This document shows positions 54,575-64,000 of a stretch of DNA of 64,000 nt, piece after piece (within the stretch, counting starts at the first letter, position 1; each line of letters opens with the position of its first letter). The DNA lies in assembly GCF_009914755.1 (NCBI RefSeq), contig NC_060925.1. One strand, 5' to 3'. This stretch comes from the human T2T-CHM13v2.0 reference genome, Homo sapiens. Under the pieces are notes generated by a model. The model saw nothing but the letters and a program-made list of their open reading frames with translations, ran no database searches and had not been told where the DNA came from. Position numbers and translations under genes: made by a program.

Positions 54575-56019
54575 TCAGTCCCAAGGACCCCTGCTCAGTT
54601 AGATTGTCATATTTTCCCTAAAGCTGTGAGTTACAAGATTGGCTGCAAGCAACCCTCTACCCCAAATTGCCCAATGGTGATTTCTTTTTCTTCCCATGAC
54701 TTTGCCACTTGCACTGACCTTCACAGATTGTCCCTCTTGGAAGAAGTCAGGGATGGTCACTCATAGGATCATGCCTTTCTCATTTATCAGATATATATAT
54801 ATGATATATATATTTCTCATTTATTTTATATATATATATATCAGCATGACTTTATGTATGTAAAGTTACTTTGGATTAGAAAGAAAAGGGGAAGAAAAGG
54901 CAGCCCTTCTTCCAAGATGGTGAAGGCAGAGATGAGAACAGAGAGTCTCTACACCCAAACCTCAGGGTACCTACATTGCAGCTATGAAAGTTCAATTATC
55001 CATTTAGTTGTCTAGACTCACACTGTAAGGGCAGAGCTTTATTTATTCCTGTCCTCCCTTCCAACCCTCCTTATCCCCCGCCCCTGCTTCATTTTTCTCC
55101 ACTGCATGTGTCATTATATGGCATACTAAATAGTTTACTTATTTATTTATAAACTTCATAAAAGCAGGCATTTAAAACATTTTTTTTAAAATTCACCACT
55201 ATATTACCAGCATGTAAAACCATTGCTGGCACATTTTGAATGCTTGATAAATATTGGTTGAATGGATGAAGGTTGAGAATATTGCTCAAACCCTATCTAG
55301 GTTTGTTTTAAACTGTCAACATCTCTGTAGATTTACTCCTGTGTTTATGAATTTCCTTCTTCACCCTCCTTCCTTGCAGCCCACTCTTTCCTTCTGGGTT
55401 CAGTCTCCTTACTCCTGAAATACACACTTAGTAGTTCTTTCAGTGTGGTTCTGCTAGCCAAAAATTATTTTAATCCTTGTTTGAAAATACATTTGTTTTC
55501 CTCTGATTCTTGAATAATGTTTATATTGCCATAGAATTCTAGGATATCATTTATTTTGAAATGAAATTCCAGTGTATCTAATAGCATTTACTTTTTATGC
55601 CATCTTTTTCTCTGTGGTTGTTTTTAAGATCTTTCTTTTGAGTATTCTGTAGGTTCACTGATGAATCTACATGTGGGTTTACTTTTATTCATGTTTCTTG
55701 GGATGCATTGCACTTCATGAATCTGAAGATTTGTGTCTGAAATCCATTCTAGAAAGTTCTTAGCCATTTTCCTTCAAATATTAATCTTCTCCCATTCTCT
55801 CTATTCTGTACTGGAACTTCCATTAATAGATAAGGTGGATTCTCATAATTTTCAGTAGTTATGTTCCATAAAGCCACCTCAGATATTGAATCAAGGAATA
55901 CAGAAACATGCTCCTGGTGGAAATATAGGGTTAGATTTCTACAAATCTTCAGTGACAACATTTTCACCAACCGATCAATACATAACCTTGTTCTGTGTGT
56001 GTTTTTTGGTTTGACTGCA

Positions 56020-57620
<1,601 letters not shown>

Positions 57621-58325
57621 TACTTTTGATGTTATTTTTGATTTTTTACCACCGAATTCAGAGCCAATGGCACTACACCTTATGCATAAAGGAAACTTCT
57701 CTACCGTGTATTTTCTCCACAAGGCACATCACAGCCTTGCAGTGCATAGGAAAGCTGGACAGCACTTCAACACTATCCTTGGAGGCCATTTCAACAGCAA
57801 AGTCACAAACAAAAAGCACAGAAATGTGGAAAGCGTGGCATTAAATACACCACCACAAGAACGCTTGTTTGCAGCCTGAAAGCTGAAACAAGAAGGCAGA
57901 TTATTGCCTCATTCCACCTCAGCTGGAAGCTTCTCATCCGGCCACTGAGATTTTTCACCACTCTGTGCATGGCTGCTAATGACTGTGAAAGTACTGCAAG
58001 TAATTAATCTTGGGGTTACAAATCAATTTTAGCAAGTAGGCAAATGAGCAACATGGAATCTGTGAGTAACGAGGGATAACTATCACTATTTGTTTTTGCT
58101 GCTGAGGAGTGTCCTTACTTTCTTAAAAGCTTAGCTGTGCATTTCAAAAAATCAATTGTTACATGTTGATCATTACTTCTAGGTATTCTACAAACAAGAA
58201 AGTTTTCAGGTTATCTAATCCAGAATAGTGCCAGAAAAGAAAGTCCTTGTCACAAGTGAGAAATGAATAAATGAGTTGGTAGTTTGTGGGTCGAGGGTGT
58301 CTTGGTTTTGCTGTACATATTTCTT

Positions 58326-58646
58326 TTTTCTTTTTTTTTCCTTTTTTATTTATTTATTCATTTATTATTTGAGACAGGGTCACAATTTGTTGCCCAGGCT
58401 GGAGTGGAGTAGCATGATCATGGCTCACTGCAGCCTTGAACTCCTGGGCTCAAGCAATCTTCCCACCTCAGCCTCCCTAGTGGCTGGGACCACAGGCCTC
58501 ACCATACCTGGCTAATTTTTGTACCTTTTGTACAAATGGGGTTTTGCCGTGTTGCCTAGGCTGGTCTCGAATTCCTGGGCTCATGCAATCCACCTGCCTT
58601 GGCCTCCAAAAATGCTGGGATTACGCATGAGCCACCATGCCCAGCC
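58326..58646 (-). mobile_element. AluJ
   Basis: Full antisense dimer, J-type CATGGCTCACTGCAGCCTTGAACTCCTGGGCTCAAGC. Confidence 0.93.
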
Positions 58647-58691
58647 TGGTTTTTAAAAAAATATTTAAAAATTTTTTAAATTGACGAATAA

Positions 58692-60497
58692 TTTTTTTAA
58701 CTTTTATTTTAGGTTTGGGGGCACATGTGAAGGTTTGTTACACAGGTAAACTCATTTCACAGGGATTTGTTGTACAGATTGTTTCATCACCCAGGTATTA
58801 AGCCCAGTAGCCAATAGTTATCTTTTCTGCTCCTCTCCCCCCTCCCGCCCTCCAGCCTCAGGTAGGCCCCAGTGTCTGCTGTTTCCTTTTTTGTGTTCAT
58901 AAGTTCTCATCATTTAGCTCCCATTTGTAAGGGAGAATACGAGGTATTTCGTTTTCTGTTCCTCTGTTAGTTTGCTAAGGATAACGGCCTCCAGCTCCAT
59001 CCGTGTTCCTGCAAAGGTTAGGATCTCATTCTCTTTTATGGCTGCATAGTACTCCATGGTGTATATATACCACATTTTATTTATCCAATCTGTCATTAAT
59101 GGACACTTAGGTAGATTGCATGTCTTTGCTTTCATGAATAGTGCTGCAATGAACATAAACGTGCATGGGTCTTTACGGAAGAATGATTTTTATTCCTCTG
59201 GGTATATACCCAGTAATGAAATTGCTGGGTTGAATGGTGTTTCTGCCTTTAGGTCTTTGAGGAATTGCCATACTGTCTTCCACAACAGCTGAATGAACTT
59301 CCCTCCCAGTAACAGTGTAAAAGCGTTCAATTTTCTCCTCAACCTCACCAGCATATGTTGTTTTTTGACTTTTTAATAATAGCAATTCTGAATGGTTTAA
59401 GGTATCTCATTGTGGTTTCAATTTGCATTGCTCTAATGATCAGTGATATTGAGCTTTCCTTTATATGCTTGTGGGCTGCGTGTATGTCTTCCTTTGAGAA
59501 GTATCTGTTCATGCATTTTGCCTACTTTTTAATAGGGTTGTTTGTTTTTCTCTTATAAATTTGTTTAAGTTCCTTATAGATGCTGGATATTAGACCTTTG
59601 TCAGATACATAGTTTCCCAATATTTTCTCCCATTCTGTAGGTTATCTGTTTACTTTGATAGTTTCTTTTGCTGTGCAGAAGCTCCTAAATCTAATTGGAT
59701 CCCACTTGTCAATTTTCGCTTTTGTTGTGATTGCTTTTGTTGTGTCTTTGTCATGAAATCCTTGCCCACTCCTATGTTCCGGAATGGTATTGTCAGGCCT
59801 CTGAGCCCAAGCTAAGCCATCATATCCCCTGTGACCTGCACGTACACATCCAGATGGCCAGTTCCTGCCTTAACTGATGACATTCCACCACAAAAGAAGT
59901 GAAAATGGCCTGTTCCTGCCTTAACTGAAGACATTGTCTTGTGAAATTCCTTCTCCTGGCTCATCCTGGCTCAAAAGCTCCCCCACTGAGTACCTTGTGA
60001 CCCCCACGCCTGCCCGCCAGAGAACAACCCCCCTTTTCCCTTTACCTTCCCAAATCCTATAAAACAGCCCCAGCCCATCTCCCTTCGCTGACTCTCTTTT
60101 CGGACTCAGCCCGCCTGCACCCAGGTGAAGTAAACAGCCATGTTGCTCACACAAAGCCTCTTTGGTGGTCTCTTCACACGGACACACATGAAAGGTATTG
60201 CCTAGGTTGTCTTTCAGGGTTTTTATAGTTTTGGATTTTACATTTAAATCTTGAATCCATCTTGAGTTGATTTTCTTATATGGTATAAGGAAGGGTCCAG
60301 CTCCAATCTTCCACATATGGCTAGCCAGTTATCCCAGCACCATTTATTGAATAGGAAGTCTTTTCTCCATTGCTTGTCTTTGTCAGCCTTGTCAAAGATC
60401 AGATGGTTGTAGGTGTGTGGCCTTATTTCTGGGCTCTCTATTCTGTTCCATTGGTCTGTGTGCCTGTTTTTGTACCAGTACCATGCTGTTTTGGTTT
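58692..60497 (-). mobile_element. L1PA (PA12-like) 3' 1.4 kb, interrupted by LTR7
   Basis: ORF2 C-terminus in minus ORF 58914-59156 (MFIAALF...DWINKMWYIYTMEYYAAIK); degenerate TSD AA(T/C)TGAC(G/A)AATAA. Confidence 0.92.
59791..60193 (+). mobile_element. Solo LTR7 (HERV-H long terminal repeat)
   Basis: TGTCAGGCCTCTGAGCCCAAGCTAAGCCATCATATCCCCTGTGACCTGCACG...TTTGGTGGTCTCTTCACACGGACACACATGAAA; perfect 5-bp TSD GGTAT; TATAAAA at 60058. Confidence 0.95.
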
Positions 60498-60740
60498 AAC
60501 TGACAAATAATAATTGTACATATTCATGGAGTACATAGTGATGTTTCGATACACTCAATGTATAGCGGTAGATCAGGATAATTAGCATATCCATCACCTA
60601 AAACAGTTATCATTTCTTTGCTTGGGGAACATACAAAATTATAGCTAGATAGGAGAAATAAGTTCTGGTGTCCTATACCACTGTCAGATGACTATAGTTA
60701 ATAAATGGTTTCAAATAGCTAGGAGTATGACATTGTACGT
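60498..60740. mobile_element. Short L1MA (MA5-8-like) 3' end with 5' inversion
   Basis: Antisense 3' terminus at 60498-60632, then the sense upstream segment at 60633-60740. 13/14 TSD TGTACA(T/C)ATTTCTT at 58312 and 60741. Confidence 0.75.
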
Positions 60741-61137
60741 TGTACACATTTCTTAACAAGCAGCACAGGAAAGTGTCTTGCAAGTCACGTGAGCCCAGCA
60801 AAAAAATAATTGCAGTCCAGTCCCCCACCTCTTCGGGTTGCATCCATACCTCAATCCTGCATGAATTCCAACAAATATTTGTGGAGTATCTACTATATGC
60901 CAGGTGCTGAACTAGGAACTAAGAAAACAAAGGTGGAAAGAAATGCTCTGCACCCTCTGGGTCTTCACAGCCTAGCTGCCAACTTGTCGTGCAGACAAAG
61001 GTGAACCAAATCACTTGGGGAACACGAGGCATGAGCAATTTACTTGGTGACACTCGGGGAAGCTTAGCAGCATTTGTCACATATGAACTTGGTGCATCAA
61101 GGCAAGTGTTCAACACCTACTTTGTGCCAGATGTTCT

Positions 61138-61263
61138 CCTGGACCTGTACAATCTTCTTTCTCCTTCTGCCCCCTTAGAAGTGAATATTTCTTGTCTACT
61201 TTCATGACCCCAGCTACCATCTATTTCCTTAAAATTTTCCAAACCTCAGTGTATTACCTGGAA
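61138..61263 (+). repeat. Inverted-repeat copy (recipient) of 63527-63654
   Basis: Reverse complement of 63527-63654 at roughly 90% identity. Both copies appear in the ORF track as MSTFMTPATIYFL..FQTSVYYLE. Confidence 0.95.
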
Positions 61264-63056
61264 GCTGTGGACACATTATTAAAACAGGCAGGCAAGGTCT
61301 CTACCTCCAAGATGCTTCTGGTCCAACGGGCGACCAGTAGGTGTGATCCATGTAGGAACTGCCGTGTCAGAAGTATCTTCACATCTCTTGGCACCAGCAT
61401 CTCCTGAGCCTTGTGCAGCTTGCTTCACCTCTGCCACTGCCATGGCCAGCTGGACCCTCTTAGGCCCATGCAGTTCTGCTCCTGGGGCTGACCTGTCACC
61501 TGTCCTGAGAATGTGGGTGTCTGTCCTCTGGCTGCCAGCCAGCCACGTGCTCTGAGTGGATGTCTCCTGTAGACATTTCCAGACTTTAGTTAAAATGCCG
61601 TCATTCTGGTCTTGACATCCGACTTCCAAGGGGTGAGCTAACAAAACCCAGGGAGTGAAGCAGAGCAGGAGAGGAGACACATGCCCTCTGCTTCCCTGTG
61701 ATTGTTCTCTGCAGTCATCTCAGGGAATCCTGTCCAAGCTGTGCCAGGTGGCGTGTGGACGCTCCTGCCCGGTGACCAGCTGTGTCCCTCGAAGCACATG
61801 AGGAAGCAGGAGCCAACAGAGCAGCCCATCACTGTGCACAACGACTCCTCTCTCCCCATCATGCAGGTCAGACCTCCTGAATAAAGCACTGGCACTAGAT
61901 CCTTGCATCACTTTGTTTTGTAGGGAACCACAGCTGACATGACAATTATAAAGTATGAGTCGTTCTTTGAAAGAAACCAATGGAAAACCCTTCCCTGACC
62001 ATTGCCTTCCCCAAGGAGATGCTCTCTAGGCTGAGTCTTGAAGGAGGAGAGGATGTCACCAAGAGTCCTAGCAAGGTTGAAGAGCTCTCCTAATGCTGGA
62101 GGTGCCATGTTCAAAGATCCAGAGGATCGAGCAGCCTGGTAGGCTCCTGGAACCATCAAGCCAGTGTGACTGGAGCAGGGAGAAGATGCCCTGTGGTCTT
62201 GCTGTCCTTGGTGTGCTGGTGAGCGTAGGGTGAAATGAGACCAGGCAAGGCCTCCAGTACCAAACTTGTTCCCTAGAATCCCACCTTGTTGTGGATCTTC
62301 CTACTCTTTACCCCAACCCACCCCTGCATCCCCCCATAAAAGTTCTATGATCTTCGTCCCACTGCTTGCCTGCTCTCTGATTTCTAGTGTAAATTCATCC
62401 AGGTTAGTTTCTTGTTGGATAAAATTATGTTACTATAACATCTAATTCCAGGAGACACAGCCATCATTTCATTCAAATAGTACGTATTTATTAAACACAC
62501 AGTGAAAGAGGGCTGTGTTACACAGATACAAGGCAATAGAAGACTTTCCAGGAAAAAGCCATTGAATTCAAAAGAGCAACCTCAATGGGAGAATATGAGC
62601 CATTGGAGCAGATACTTTGGAGGAAAACAGCCACATACTCACATATGCTGAGTCTGCCCCAAAAACCTCTGTGCCCCACTCATTCCTGCATTCTTCCAAG
62701 GCCCAGTCTTGTCCCCTGGTTGTTATGGATTTTCTATATCTTACTTATCTCCTTTATTTAAAAAAACAAAACCAAACTCTGTAGACTCTTGATTTTGTTT
62801 CTAGACAACTTGGACCAAAAGTTGACTGCCTGGTTTGGGTATCATGGGGTCTCCTGTCTTTTCTTCTTGTTCAGATCATGAATAGCCTCTTGGCCCTGCA
62901 GAGAGATTTGGATTTTATATTGACCCAAGTTAGAATAGAATATGTTGCAGGAGACAGTGATGAGGCCTCAAAGGAGGCAGGTGCAGTGTAGATAAAAGGA
63001 AGTTGCCTTTGTAATCACATGTATGATGGAAGCATTCATTAACAGATAAAAATATT

Positions 63057-63350
63057 GGCTGGGTGCAGTAGCTCACACCTGTAATCCCAGCAATTTGGGA
63101 GGCTGAGGCAGGTGAATCACGAGGTCAAGAGTTCAAGACCAGCCTGGCCAACATGGCAAAACCCTGTCTTTACTAAAAATACAAAAATTAGCCGGATGTG
63201 GTAGTACATGTCTATACTATTCCAGCTACTCGGGAGGCTGAAGTCAAGAATCACTTGAACCTGGAAGGCAGAGGTTGCAGTGAGCTAAGCACTCCAGCTT
63301 GGGTGGCAGAGACCATCTTAAAAAAAAAAAGAAAAGAAAAGAAAAAAAGA
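63057..63350 (+). mobile_element. AluS with a small right-arm deletion
   Basis: Full dimer; GTGAGCTAAG|CACTCCAGC lacks the usual ATCGCGCCACTG; (GAAAA) tail. Confidence 0.93.
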
Positions 63351-63429
63351 AACCACTTTAAAATAAATTACCTGGCCTCAAGCATTCTGTTACAGCAATA
63401 CAAAATGGGCTAAGACAGAAAATACTTAA

Positions 63430-64000
63430 AGAAGAGGGTACTGATTGAGGTTGAAGTGCTTGATAGACATTTGATTGAAGATTTAGTAAGCAGTGAGCAG
63501 TTTGAGCCTTGCGTTCTATAAGAAGGTTCCAGGTAATACACTGAGGTTTGGAAAACTGTAAGGAAATAGATGGTAGCTGGGGTCATGAAGGTAGACAAGA
63601 AATATTCACTTCTAAGAGGTAGAGGATAAAGAAGATTGTGCAGAGAATTCCAGGAAGGAACAGCTCATAAATGAGAGGAAAAGGAGGATGGCTGTGGCCT
63701 GGGAGCTGGAAGAGATGTTCTCTGGAATAGTAAGCAAAAAAAAAGAAAATCAAAACTACATTGGATTTAACAACTGGAGGGCACCAAGAACCTTGGGTAG
63801 GACCATTTTAGAGGAATGTCCAAAGGCAGAGTACTATGGGCTGGTGAGGAGCAGATGTGGACCGAGCAAGAGCAAAGGATAGCAGATGTGGTCACTTTTC
63901 CATCTGGAAGGCGGAGAGGAAGGGAAGGAAGGGGAGAGTGCATGCTATGGGCAGACTAACAGGATCAGAGGGTTATTTTCCAATGATACTGGAGAGATTT
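63430..64000 (-). mobile_element. L2 fragment (contains the donor of the inverted repeat)
   Basis: TTGAGGTTGAAGTGCTTGATAGACAT...ATAGATGGTAGCTGGGGTCATG...CATTGGATTTAACAACTGGAGG follows the antisense L2 consensus. Confidence 0.7.

Noticed and set aside
59921-60316. 131-aa ORF across the L1/LTR7 junction
   Set aside because: L1 ORF2 remnant ([14 protein letters not shown]) reading into antisense LTR7; a chance fusion.
61138-63654. Inverted repeats as TIRs of a 2.5-kb DNA transposon
   Set aside because: No transposase ORF or target-site duplication outside the arms; the arms are L2-derived and one is continuous with a longer L2.

Overview
Primate (most likely human) non-coding genomic DNA. I find no protein-coding gene, tRNA, rRNA or CRISPR array. 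The ORF track is explained by Alu/L1/LTR fragments, low-complexity sequence and chance ORFs. Most of the window is interspersed repeat: about 16 Alu-family copies (FLAM/FRAM, AluJ, AluS; no AluY recognised), old L1M and L1PA/PB fragments, L2/MIR, MaLR/ERVL/ERV1 solo LTRs, and DNA transposons (MER2, MER3, MER5, MER82, Tigger3). Most notable: (1) two local templated copy events whose direction can be read from the sequence, namely a 380-bp direct duplicate inserted into a MIR (22.3 kb) and a ~126-bp inverted copy of an L2 segment inserted into another L2 fragment, with CCTGGA microhomology at both ends (61.1 kb); (2) a solo HERV-H LTR7 with 5-bp TSDs and an ACAAAAGA SOX-type motif, nested in an L1PA that itself sits in a twin-primed (5'-inverted) L1MA insertion; (3) several 3-4-level nested transposon stacks; (4) a 1.1-kb CA-rich tract with a 255-bp higher-order duplication next to a canonical CTCF motif; (5) three speculative minus-strand non-coding exons. 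Repeat subfamily names come from recalled consensus sequences and need RepeatMasker/Dfam confirmation. I cannot identify the locus and do not claim a new biological system.
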